Of a DNA stretch of 64,000 bases, positions 40,565-52,647 are shown in pieces (position 1 is the first letter of the stretch; each line of letters starts with the position of its first letter). The notes under the pieces are model-generated. The model ran no database searches. It had not been told where the DNA came from and saw nothing but the letters and a program-made list of their open reading frames with translations. Source of the stretch: Priapulus caudatus (Eukaryota); contig NW_014577090.1 of the NCBI RefSeq assembly GCF_000485595.1, forward strand, positions 616,432 to 680,431. The letters are read 5' to 3'. Made by a program: the position numbers and the translations under genes.

Positions 40565-41954
40565 AGAAAGAAGAGAGGAGAGAGAGGGTAGAGAGAGAAG
40601 AGAGAGAGAGAGAGAGGAGAGAGAAGAGAGAGAGAGAGAGAGAGTAGAGAGTAGAGGAAGAGAGAGAGAGAGAGAGAGAGAGAAGAGATGGAGAGACAGA
40701 GAGAGAGAGAGAGACGAGGAGAGAGAGTAGAAGAGAGACGAGATAGAGAGAGAGAGACGAGAGAGAGAGAGAGAGAAGAGGAAACAGTGTACTCAAAATC
40801 ACAGCCCAGTATTTAGCTGGTTTAGGCATTTTTCTCTAGAACGACATAGAAAGCCCTGTTAAGCTTTTATATAGCAGGTACATAGGAAACGCGAATACGT
40901 TTTGGCCATATTACGCGTCGGAACGTTATCAGTCACCTAACAAAATGATGAAGCTGAAATAAAGCGGCTCCCAGGCCCACACGAAACAAGATGTGAGGGC
41001 TCTTCGTAAGTTAACCCCTGTGTGATGCAAAAGAAAAAAGTGGGACCTGTAGTAAGTGCTCAGCAGGTGCCATATACTAATGCTTGTTATTTACCAGACC
41101 CTGGCTGTACGCTGAGGCAAACTGCCACAAATCACGGTGAGGTTGCACATTACTGACCTTACCTGTTGGCCCGTAACCTTGGCTTGCACAAACATGCAAC
41201 ATGACTCTGTTCAAGTCCTAATGCTTGTTATCCCCCAATTCTAGATTTTCACCCTCAAATGCACCAGGCCACTTCATTCATATTCTAGCAGCTGCGATGT
41301 AGATGGCAAAAATTTTTGTCGTTAGACTCTAACCATCGAAACTGCCACCATAAACGGTAATGAGCATGTCCCACAAAAGCACCCAAAACTATTACACTAA
41401 TCTATGACCGCTTTTGCGTAAACACGAATTTTTCTGTGTAGTTTATTACGCTATTTAGCAGGATGTTTGTAAATCTCACAAACATCTGAAGTTCGTTCCA
41501 AATTGTTCATACCGATTACATTATTGCTGGGACATATGAGAATATCTAACTTATAATACTGATTAATACGTATGAATAAACAATCTGGCCAGTACGTACA
41601 CATTATGTCGTCATTCGTACTCGCTCTGAATATAAGACGCTTTTGAAACAGAGAAGCAGACGATAGTTACTTAGTATTTAAACTCTAATAGGGTAAATCT
41701 AAGCTCAAAAAAAGCGGTCTTACCGTCAGAAAAAATTGCGGAGAATGGCTATGCCACGAATGAGAAAATAGGAAACACACAAATACTTCCTGAACAAGGC
41801 ACGAAATACTGGTTATGAAAATCGAATAGCACATCTGCTAGCAAACGTGTTTTCTTAGCAAAAAAAAAAATGTATGTAAAAAAATTCACCAACTGCCTCG
41901 CAACAGTACTAGATCACAAATACATTCGCCAATCGAATAGGGGAGCCATATTAA

Positions 41955-42218
41955 TCGAGAGATCCTACTGTCCCCGCAGGTACTGCCAGCGAACGTACCG
42001 GCCCTGACGGTCCCCCGGTATAATTCGCGAACGTACCGTACACTAATATGCCAGAACCATACCGTCTACTTCCAGCTAGCGAGCTAGGAGTCGCCTACGC
42101 CTACTCCCTAACCCCTAAACACCCCCGAACCCTACCTAAACCCTAATCCTAACCTAACCATACAATAGGACGCAGGGTACGTTCCGGCAGTACCCTGGGG
42201 GACATAGACCCTATGAGC
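41955..42218. mobile_element. 9-bp-TSD MITE with (CCCTAA)n; duplicate at 47532-47819
   Basis: Same TIRs as 33959-34219; TSD CATATTTAT is clean at 42219-42227 and at 47523-47531. Confidence 0.78.
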
Positions 42219-42471
42219 CATATTTATGCGCTATTTATGTGCTATGTTATTTTATACTTCTTCTATACACTACATCATTACATGGCAAAACGTGTTACTA
42301 CAAGACAGTTCAAAATGTTGTTGTTCTGCATCCAATGAAGTAAAGAGGAAGGGCATCTTTGTTCACCTAGTAATAACCACCACCTAGTCGTCACCACTAC
42401 AACATACCGATTGCTGTGGCACTCAATGATTTCAACTATTTCATGCTGTTCTGCGACCTTATGTTACTCAC

Positions 42472-42593
42472 GCTCATAGGGTCTGGCGAGGTACTGTCTG
42501 GCATATTAAATAGTACCAGGGTACGTTCCGATATATCGAACCATACCCAGGGTACCCTCTGATAGTACCCTGGGGGACATAGACCCTCTCAGC
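42472..42593. mobile_element. Short inverted member of the 9-bp-TSD MITE family; duplicate at ~48079-48209
   Basis: GCTCATAGGGTC...GACATAGACCCTCTCAGC with TSD GTTACTCAC on both sides. Confidence 0.8.
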
Positions 42594-43356
42594 GTTACTC
42601 ACACGCAGCTCATATGCTTTGTAATGTTCTCTTTTTTTTAGAGCAGGTCTCATTACGCTAGATATGAACGCATCGCTTTAGGTGCACACTTGTCTAATCT
42701 CTTGCCCTCACACCCTAATATCTTGTAATGAACTCGAATCACTTATCCACATCAAATTTTAATATTTAACGACGTTTTCTTTGTGTCTATCACCACTTTC
42801 CAGTATTTTAGAGCAACAGATAGCTGCATTACTACAATTGTAATGTACGAATGTTACAGTCTACACTGTCTGCTAATAAAACCAATGTTTATAAAGCGGG
42901 CATGTAGTAAATGTACCCATATTAATGGTATAAACATGTCACCAAACTATAAATAGCCCTTTGTGTCACGTCAGATTAAAAAAATACTCTATAATTGGCA
43001 TTTTAACATCACGTTACAGGCAACATAGCCGCGCTATGGAAGAGATGAAACTTCTGAAGAAGTTAGTAAATTTAGAGTATGTAATCACAACAATTCAATA
43101 TTCGATATTTTTCCTTACAAACATTGATAAAACAAATGAGCACATAAAAATATGTGACAGAATAATAAGCTTAGTACTAGGATTTGCATAGCAACTCCTG
43201 TGATTAAATCTCGCATTTTGGATAGCACAACTAGAGTTTTGCCTTGAAATTTTTGATGCAATACTATTTATCTTGAGTCATGGATGAGACAGGTTATGCT
43301 TCCTATCAGTTGAAAACTAATCATGGACACCATAGCAACATCAACAAAAAACTTAC

Positions 43357-43416
43357 CTGCAACTGAATGGCAGAGAACATTCAGTAGAAAACCCAACACC
43401 ACCAGATATGTGTTCG
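43357..43416 (-). CDS. LDLa-TM protein, signal-peptide exon
   Basis: tgcag acceptor, CAG|gtaagt donor, 60 nt, phase 1-1: ANTYLVVLGFLLNVLCHSVA. Joins ATG GCA G of the exon at 51211-51217. Confidence 0.75.
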
Positions 43417-44476
43417 CTGCATAGAAAACATTTGCAAAATTATCAATCAATACAATGTAACAATAATTGTTCTGCATATATGTTTATAAATATCTCTTAA
43501 TAAACATGATTACCAGAATCATATTTACAACATTTGACAGTAAGAATTACAAGCAATTTTGGGTATTGTGTTACATCTGGCACACAGCTTACCTAATAAA
43601 CTAAAAAAGCATGTCCACATGCCACATACACCATGTTTCATGCATATGGAAGGGCTTTCATGGTAGAGTAAGTTGGAAAAAGTGCTAACCTAGCTAGTAT
43701 TCTTACACCTATGCAAAAACTGAAGAGGTATTTCAGCCATCGTTCATCGTGTCATGGCGAATAGCTTAGACAACATTCCTAAAATCATATTCGGCAGCAT
43801 GATTGCAGATAATTCAGTGGAATTTCTGCACAGAGCGGTTATTGCATAAAAACATTGAACTAATGCATTTTTACCTCATTATTTTACTCTAACATTAGAT
43901 TAAAGATGCAGGAAATTGATCACAGGCAGGGTTTTCATTATCTTTTATAGTAACAGGCGAAATGCTTTTGCAACAAGCTGTGGGAGAGCGTGGGGGGGGT
44001 CCCCCTACTCCTCCTCCATGACCGTCTTCATTCGATCTCCATCTCAGGGGCAGGTACGTTTATGTAAACACAGGGTACATATATGCTGAGAAGATACAGG
44101 TCTGGTACACTTGTGTATACATAAATTATACGTACCTCGGGTACATATCTGTAGTACTACCTGATACGACAACGACCCGACCCCTTCAGCCATATTTTGC
44201 CCATGAAATTTACTTCAAACTATACATAAAATTGCTAACAACTGCTAGGAAAAGACTTGCAGATCTTTACTAAAAATATCTGTTCCAAATATTCACGCTC
44301 ATAATACATAATAAAGCACCATTTTAGTGTCAATTTCCGAGAACCTGATTCCCAAACTTTGGTGCTTCATGTGATAAACTGGACCCCGAAAATTTGAGCT
44401 GGGTTCTTAATAAGTTTACTTTAACGAGCCCAGGTGGCTCCTAGTTTTTTGGGCAAGATTTTATCATATATATTAA

Positions 44477-44778
44477 CAGTGTTTCCCCTGGCCTAAAAGG
44501 TCTGTGAGATGCTAAATTTTTTTTGGTGTGTTTGCGCATTTCGAGGTCCTAGCAAAGCGAGCACTGCAGGTAGCTAGGGGCATGCCCCCCAGAATTTTTT
44601 TAGAAAAATGATGCAATTTGGTGCATTCTAAGCTATTTTAGTGCATTATACGCACTGTTCTATGGAAGAACATTGATTTTTGTCAGCGAGGCGGTGTTTT
44701 TGAGAAAATATCTGTGTGGCGGCTGAGAATTTGAACGTGGCGGCCTGCCTCGCTCGTGTCAATGCAGGGGAGACACTG
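44477..44778. mobile_element. hAT-like MITE; noisy duplicate at ~38614-38927
   Basis: TIR CAGTGTTTCCCCTG / CAGGGGAGACACTG; TATTAA on both flanks. Confidence 0.6.
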
Positions 44779-44989
44779 TATTAATATTGTATCTATCACA
44801 ACCTATGGTATTACTCACAGTCCATAACAGAACAATTATACTTCACATAAATCACAACAGGAAGTTGTACATTATTATCAGTTTGTCTTGTCAATCATGT
44901 ACTCTTGACACAACAAAACTTCTGATAACCCAAACAACAACAGCTTGGGGAGGGGACAAACACAACGAGCACGGGGACCACACACGTAC

Positions 44990-45136
44990 CTCTCTCTGAC
45001 TGTCGCATCTTCATCACGATGACTACGATGAAGGTGATGACGATGAACACAGCAACGAAGGCACCGAGGCCAATTGATGTCTTCTTAACAGTCAGGTCAT
45101 CAAAGTCATCGTCTGTCTCTATGGCAAATATGTCGT
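44990..45136 (-). CDS. LDLa-TM protein, acidic stalk and transmembrane exon
   Basis: cacag acceptor, G|gtacgt donor, 147 nt, phase 1-1: DDIFAIETDDDFDDLTVKKTSIGLGAFVAVFIVITFIVVIVMKMRQSER. Confidence 0.8.
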
Positions 45137-45960
45137 CTGTGGTGCAAAGATTCCCTGTTAGGTTACCTAATACTCATATTCTATGTCTGAGAACTACGTT
45201 TTAATTGGTTGAACTGCAGTGTGAGGTAATTATATTTTAATATTGAAATGTAATAGAAGGGTCCGGTCCAGAGCAACTTACACTCATGATAGAAATTACC
45301 TCTCACGTTCATGCAAGGATAAAAAAAATTATTACACACGTGAGACACACAGGTTCAACCACCAATAATTGAACCCAACACCTTTTTCGTCTCAAATCAC
45401 TTACAATCAGACAAAGTATTGATGTTTGTAGTTATGTAAATCCACACACATGCATGCACCCAGAATACACATTTGACATTATAGACAGATATACACACAT
45501 GCAGGCATTGATGAACACAAGCACTCACTCACATACATTCATACACTCACACACGAACCCCTGTGTATATATGTTGCCATTAATTTTAATATTGACCATA
45601 CGGGATACTGCCGCAGCCAATTTGCGACTAGGTTATGTGCACTTATGACTCACTGCTGGATTCCTGCATGTGACGCCTATTCATTTCCGATTACCGATGA
45701 GTAATCATGAAATTCTGCTTAGTATTAGGGAACCTAAGGCCATAAATATTTGGATGAGCCTACCAATGACTACCACAAGCTCAAAACGGTGGCATAATCA
45801 ATAACACCATAGGTGAAGAACGGATAAATCTTTTTTGTCTATTATTCATCCGCAATACTGCAAATTCCATTTTACAATAGGAGTTAGCTACAGAGAAACT
45901 CAATTGAATATACTTTTTACTAAACCACTTCATTGTCTGTACTATATACAGTGATCTTAC

Positions 45961-46095
45961 CACAGTCGATTTCATCAGAGTTGTCCAAGCAGTTAACGAC
46001 TCCATCACATCGTTGTGAGTAAGGAATGCAATCACCATTGTAGCAGGCATACTGACTTCCTGAGCATGTGGCACTGTCGTATACTGGCGGTGAAT
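45961..46095 (-). CDS. LDLa-TM protein, LDL-receptor class A exon
   Basis: CSGSQYACYNGDCIPYSQRCDGVVNCLDNSDEIDC has six Cys and the D-x-S-D-E motif. G|gtaag donor; the acceptor gives an exon start at 46095 or at 46083 (both phase 1). Confidence 0.9.
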
Positions 46096-46368
46096 CTACA
46101 CACAACGTCACCACAGTCACAAACAGATCACACAAATATACGAATTCAGTATTTAACAAAAATGCTACCTGGGTACACGTTACAGAGAGAGAGAGAGAGA
46201 GAGAGAGCGAGGAGAGAGAGGAGAGAGAGAGAGAGAGAAGAGAGGAGAGAGAGAGAGAGAGAGGAGAGAGAAGAAAGAGAGAGGAAGAGAGAGGAGAGAG
46301 AGAGAGAAGAGAGAGAGAGAGGAGAGAGAGAGAGGAGAGAGAGCAGAGGAGAGAGAGAGAGGAGAGAG

Positions 46369-46426
<58 letters not shown>

Positions 46427-48528
46427 GTGTACTCAAAATCACAGGCCATGTATTTTACGTGGGTGTATGGCTTATTTTTTCTCTAAACGACATTAGAAAG
46501 CTGTTAGCTTTTATAAGCAGGTACATAGGAAACTGCTGAATTACGTTTCTGGCCATTATTACCCTGGTACTGTTAGCGTCACTAACAAATGATGAAGCTG
46601 AATATAACGGTCCCAGGCCCACACGAAATCAAGATGTGCCCTTCGTAAGTTAACCCTGTGTGATGCATAAAGGAAAAGAATATGGGACACTGTAAAATGC
46701 TAGGCAGTGGCCATATATATGCTTGTTTATTTTACCCTTGCTGTACTTGAGGCAAACTGCCAAAATCACGGTGAGGTTGCACATTCTACCTACTGTTGGC
46801 TAACTTGGCTTGCACAAACATGCCATGGACTCATTTCAATTCTAATGCTTTTATCCTATTCTTAGATTTTCCCTGTCTAGAATGTCACTGCCACTTTCTT
46901 CTACATGCGATGTAATGCCAAATCGTTGCGTTAACTCTAACATAAATCTTGCATAAACTGTAATTACATGCACAAAAGCACCAAACTACACTATTATGCC
47001 CTTTTAGTAAACATTGAATTTTCTGTGTATTTATTTCGTATTTATAAGATTGTTTTAAATCTTCACAACATCTGAAGTTCGTCCACATACTGATTTACAT
47101 TATTCTGACATGAGAATATTTAACTATAATACTGATTTATACGATGAATAAACAAGTTCTGCCAGTACGTACACATTATGTCGCATTGTTACTGCTCTGA
47201 TATATAATCTTTCGAACAGAAACAGACTGATTAGTTACTTTAGTATTTAAACTTCTAATATGGGTAGAATCTAAGCTCAAATAAAAACGGTCTTACCGTC
47301 TAGAAAAAATTTGCGAGAATGGGGCTATGCCACGAATGAGAAATTTGGAAACACACAACATATTCCTGGGATGACAAGGCACGAAATACTTTATAAAATT
47401 CGAATAGCAACATCTGCTATGCAAACTGTGTTTTGCTTAGCAAAAAAAATGTAGTGTAAAAAAATTCACCACTGCTGCAACAGTATACATTCAAAAATAC
47501 AATTCCCAATGAATAGGGGAGCCATATTTATGCTGAGAGGATCTATGTCCCCCGGGGTACTGCCGGAACGTACCCTGGGTACGGTCCGGTATACCGGAAC
47601 GTACCCTGGTACTATCTAATATGCCGAACCATACTCGTCATACTCACTATACGAGTTTAGGAGTCGCCTACGCTACTCCCTACCCTACGAACCCTAACCT
47701 TAGGGCCCTATCCTAACCATAACCATATCAATAGTGCCAGAGTACGTTGCGGACCTTTATCGGACCGTACCCAGGCGTACGTTCGGCAGTTCCCTGGCGG
47801 CGACTAGGACCCTTTGAGCATATTTTAGGCGTATTTATCGTTGCTATGTTATTTTAAACTTTTCTTCTATACACTAGATCATTACATGGCAAAAGTGTTA
47901 CTACAAGACAGTTCAAAATGTGTTTGTGTCTGCATCCAATGAAGTAAAGGGAAGGGCATCTTTGTTCACCTATAATACCACCACCTAGTCGTCACCACGT
48001 CAACAGTTACCGATTTGCTGTGGCGCACTCAATGATTCAATCTATTTTTGCTGTTCTGCCCCGACTTATGTTACTCACGTCATAGCGGTCTGGCGAGGTC
48101 CCTGTCTGGCGCATATTACAATAGTACCAGGGTACAGTTACGGATATATCGAAACCATCCAGTGGTTAGCTCTGATTAGTACGCGCTGGCGGGACATAGC
48201 TCCCTCAGCGTTACTCACGACGCAGCTCGATATTGCCTTTGTATGTTCTCGTTTTTTTAGAGCAGGGTCCTCATTACGCCTGATATGAACGCATCGCTTT
48301 AGGTGCCACGTTGTCTAATGCTCGTTGCCTCATGCCACCCTAATGTATCTTTGCTAATGGATACTCGAATCACTTTTCCACATCAAATTCTTATATATTT
48401 ACGACGTCTTTCTTTGTGTCTATCACCACTTTCCAGTATTTTGGAGCCGACAGATAGCAGATTACGTACAATTTGTATGTATCGAATGTTAAGTCTACAC
48501 TGTCTGTTAATCAAACCATGTTTAAAGC

Positions 48529-49213
48529 NNNNNNNNNNNNNNNNNNNNNNNNNNNNNNNNNNNNNNNNNNNNNNNNNNNNNNNNNNNNNNNNNNNNNNNN
48601 NNNNNNNNNNNNNNNNNNNNNNNNNNNNNNNNNNNNNNNNNNNNNNNNNNNNNNNNNNNNNNNNNNNNNNNNNNNNNNNNNNNNNNNNNNNNNNNNNNNN
48701 NNNNNNNNNNNNNNNNNNNNNNNNNNNNNNNNNNNNNNNNNNNNNNNNNNNNNNNNNNNNNNNNNNNNNNNNNNNNNNNNNNNNNNNNNNNNNNNNNNNN
48801 NNNNNNNNNNNNNNNNNNNNNNNNNNNNNNNNNNNNNNNNNNNNNNNNNNNNNNNNNNNNNNNNNNNNNNNNNNNNNNNNNNNNNNNNNNNNNNNNNNNN
48901 NNNNNNNNNNNNNNNNNNNNNNNNNNNNNNNNNNNNNNNNNNNNNNNNNNNNNNNNNNNNNNNNNNNNNNNNNNNNNNNNNNNNNNNNNNNNNNNNNNNN
49001 NNNNNNNNNNNNNNNNNNNNNNNNNNNNNNNNNNNNNNNNNNNNNNNNNNNNNNNNNNNNNNNNNNNNNNNNNNNNNNNNNNNNNNNNNNNNNNNNNNNN
49101 NNNNNNNNNNNNNNNNNNNNNNNNNNNNNNNNNNNNNNNNNNNNNNNNNNNNNNNNNNNNNNNNNNNNNNNNNNNNNNNNNNNNNNNNNNNNNNNNNNNN
49201 NNNNNNNNNNNNN
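48529..49213. other. Assembly gap (N run)
   Basis: Ns in the sequence. Confidence 1.
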
Positions 49214-50241
49214 CGCGCGTCAAACGCGGCCTCCGCTGAACGACCGTTCGATGGGGAGTGGGCCCGCTGGGCAGACAGGCCGGCACCCCGCGTGCAACAA
49301 GCTGTGGGGAGCGTGGGGGGGGCGGTTTGGGGAATATTTTTTTTAAACCTAGATGCTCTGAGATGCAATCTGATGTATTCTGAGCTGCAGTAACAGACAC
49401 ATTTGGATTACAGTATGGTCCTTTTTCCCAATTTGGTTTCTCCTGGTACATTCAGAGTTCACCAAAAGTTTCCAAATTATGACGATTTAGTAATTATAAG
49501 AGTTAGACAATTAAGTACGTAAATAGCGTTACTCAAAAACAAAACAATGCTTCTTGTGCACATAACATGCAATGCATACAAATATACTCAACTGATTTAT
49601 TAGTAGTAGCTCATAAAACACTTTCACTTTGGAGAATAATTAGAGCAAACTAAATGCAAATAAATTATTTTTTTTTATATTATACTTGAGCCAATTGTAA
49701 CCGGCCGAAACAGCAGAGTAGACGGTCAATTCGGCCGGTGGCCGGTTCCTAATGAGAACACTGATCACAGGTCAGCAAGTTCAGTATGTTGCCAGCAATA
49801 TTAGGTAGGTTGTATGTCTAACTTACTACCCACGATTAATACTACAATGACGATTAAAAGTACTTAGTAGGCCTACTATTAGTAGTTAGTAACGATTTTT
49901 GTTAATTATGCTACGAGTGTCCATACTAATATAACAGTATAAGTGAGTGTTACTCTGATATAGGGTCAGTATCTAGTAATACTGTGCCAACATATAGGCC
50001 TACTACTAGTTTTTTCCCTTTCTAGTTACCAGCGTGTAAGTAAATACTAGCTGACGATTTAGTCTTCCTATACAATGCATCTGTACAATTCAATCTTAAT
50101 TAAATTATTGCACTAGCTGTGACTGGTGAAGGGCCCTGTATCCCCAATTAACCACGGCACAGGCGCAGTGCAAATTTCAGTATTAGTAATATAGTATTAC
50201 TATTAGTTACTAGTTTATTACTAAATAGTAATAACTAATAC

Positions 50242-50714
50242 CATAGGCGCCGGAAGTGGGGGGGAGACAAAACCAAAAAGACCCCCCCCAAAATGTATGA
50301 GCTAAGACTTGTTAATTCTAACGTTCAAAAACTAATTTATACATTCATTTTAAGTTTTCGCTGCACGCTTTGCACGCGAACAGATTATCTCAGTTTGCAT
50401 TCAACGGTTGTAGCTTTCCGAGGGCCAAGGCTAAAGGAAAATCGTGTCAGTATCAAAATGTTAGCTTTAAGTATAAAGTTTTGCTTGCAATAGCAACTTT
50501 AATACACAGGAGTCATAGGAGTGGTAAGTCCGCAGTTGTGAGTTGTGACTGCAGTCTTCAATCGCCAGCGCATAAAAACATAAAACAATACTTTTTCAAC
50601 AGTCAATTTCATCTGGGGAATAGACGCATGAAGTGGGGGCGCCCTCTCCCCATCCAAATCGTGAGCCCCCTTAGGTCTTTGCCCCCCAATCCAAAACTGC
50701 TTCCGGCGCGCCTG
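50242..50714. mobile_element. hAT-like MITE
   Basis: Imperfect TIR CATAGGCGCCGGAAG / CTTCCGGCGCGCCTG with 8-bp TSD ACTAATAC. Confidence 0.75.
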
Positions 50715-50773
50715 ACTAATACTAGTACTAATAGTAATAGTAATAGTACTAAAAACTACTAATACTCACTAGG

Positions 50774-51021
50774 GCTGAGAGGGACTATGTCCGGAACGTA
50801 CCCTGGTACTATCTAATAATATGCCGGACCGTACGGCGTACCTCGCCTACTCCACTAACGAGTCTCTAGGGAGTCGCCTACGCCTACTCCCTAACCCTAA
50901 CCCTAACAATAACCCTAATCCTAACCCTAACCATATTAAATAGTGACCAGCGTACGTTCCGGCAGTACTCTGGAGTCTGGGAGACATTTCCGACATAGAC
51001 CCTATGAGTATGAGTATGAGC
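50774..51021. mobile_element. 9-bp-TSD MITE with (CCCTAA)n
   Basis: GCTGAGAGGG...GACATAGACCCTATGAG..C with TSD CTCACTAGG. Confidence 0.82.
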
Positions 51022-51210
51022 CTCACTAGGCCCTAGTCTAGTTCAGTTCATTGCCTAATAATACTAATATAGCAATATTACTAATATTAATAATAGTAAT
51101 ACTACTAGTAATAGTAATAACACGTTTATGAACACTACACATAATTAAATTTCATTCACGGGGGCTATTATTAATATGGCTCATCTCAAAGCTTAACAAT
51201 GTGCCCTTAC

Positions 51211-51217
51211 CTGCCAT
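51211..51217 (-). CDS. LDLa-TM protein, first coding exon (ATG GCA G)
   Basis: Strong Kozak context (cacc ATG G) followed at once by CAG|gtaag; phase 1 fits the signal-peptide exon. Confidence 0.6.
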
Positions 51218-51531
51218 GGTGTTCCTCAATTCAATGGAATTTTGATTAACATCCTACCAAATTGCTAACTCCTCTTCCTTACTTGTTTTCTCGCGCACTG
51301 TATGTCAGAGGTTATGTGAAATGTGTGACCACATTTTACTGGCTAATATCAGAGCTAATATTTCCAAGGACAACCAATAGGCTCGCGCTTAACATGGTTC
51401 ATCGACCGGTAATATCACGTGACGATTTCCTTCTTCGCCATCTTTTCACCGGACAGTTCTTCTTAGGCGTTCGTTGCACGATTACCCTCCGTTTATATAT
51501 ATACAGGAATCGGCGAAAGACAGTTACGAAA
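51218..51531. promoter_or_regulatory. Probable bidirectional promoter / 5'UTRs with CLEAR-type E-box (TCACGTGAC, 51415-51423) and CCAAT (~51374)
   Basis: 314 bp between divergent ATGs; the motif matches the MiT/TFE (TFEB/Mitf) site known at V-ATPase genes. Confidence 0.6.
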
Positions 51532-51604
51532 ATGACAGAAGAAAGTCCATACTACTCTCCATTTTTTGGCGTCATGGGAGCTGCGGCTGCGATGTCTTTC
51601 AGCG
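51532..51604 (+). CDS. ATP6V0C: V-type proton ATPase 16 kDa proteolipid subunit c, exon 1
   Basis: MTEESPYYSPFFGVMGAAAAMSFS then G|gtaaga. Confidence 0.95.
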
Positions 51605-51880
51605 GTAAGAGTTGTTCAATATAATGAGAAGTAAAATCCTCCATTGGGACGATTGGCGGCGTATTCTTCAGTCCGTTGCCATATGTACGGTTTTCTCTAC
51701 ACCGCGTTCAACTGCTTGTTAAACCTCATTGAATTTATCGTTTGTTCTCCTATTTCTTAGACTGTTAACAGTTACTATCTGGTGAGTATTGTCTTTTCTG
51801 GCCCAATGGTATGAGCTGTCCATGTTTGCACATGTCGCACATTTCGAAAATTAATTGGGGACAGCTCTTACTTGGTCTAA

Positions 51881-52585
51881 AGGCCCGCTTATGTCGGCCT
51901 TACGACCTAGTCGTTGACAAGGTTTGAATATCGTACGTCAAAAACCGGCCAGATCGCCGATAAAATCATCGGCGACCAAACTCGACATGAGTTCTCTTAC
52001 AATCGAAAATACGGTCGCCGACTGCGATCGCAGGAATAGAACATGTTCTATTTCTATGCGGCTGTCGGCGACAAATCGTGAGTGGCAGCCAATCACCGCA
52101 GCGTGTTGAGTGACATGATTATCAAAAGTTACGTGATTAATAAAATGGCAGCCTACACAGCACTCGTCAGCAGTTTACAAGGAGGGATTATTGCACAAAC
52201 CCTTTCTCAAATATATATAAAATTTTCCGTATATCACATAAAAAAAAGTTCTGCATATGATTATAATGATGTTCAGAAAATAGAGGATCTAGATTTACGA
52301 AGTTACATGATGTTTACTGATAAGTGCCATTTTGTTGGTCACGTACGTGACTCGTTTTATGTAGGCTGGTCCCGTCGTCAAGCTTGCTCTGTTTGTGCTA
52401 AAGAACTGCTTGTGCTAGTACAAATACTGGGGCTGCGAACCCGTCTACGTTTCATGCGGTAACGCTACGATCTAATCGGCGATTTGCAGTGTAGTCACTT
52501 TAAGTCGACATGAGTGTTGCTACGCTGCTAATCGGCGCTAAAGTAGTCGCCGATAGTCAAATCATAGGCCGACCTGAGCGAGCCT
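51881..52585. mobile_element. Harbinger-like MITE in intron 1
   Basis: AGGCCCGCTTATGTCGGCCT / AGGCCGACCTGAGCGAGCCT, flanked by TAA and TTA. Confidence 0.65.
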
Positions 52586-52647
52586 TTAGTCTTACTTTTA
52601 GTCTTAGTCTTATTCTTACTGTTATATAATACGCAGTGGCTGGAGGT

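Larger units (their letters stand above)
43927..49763. mobile_element. hAT-like element whose ends bracket the 44.0-48.5 kb duplicate and the N gap
   Basis: CAGGGTTTTCATTA ... TAATGAGAACACTG with 8-bp TSD ATCACAGG at 43919-43926 and 49764-49771. Confidence 0.7.

Noticed and set aside
40277..46539. RE-rich and SL-rich ORFs at 40.3-40.8 and 46.0-46.5 kb
   Set aside because: (GA)n microsatellites.
48303..49451. ORFs of ~300 aa
   Set aside because: Mostly N-gap.
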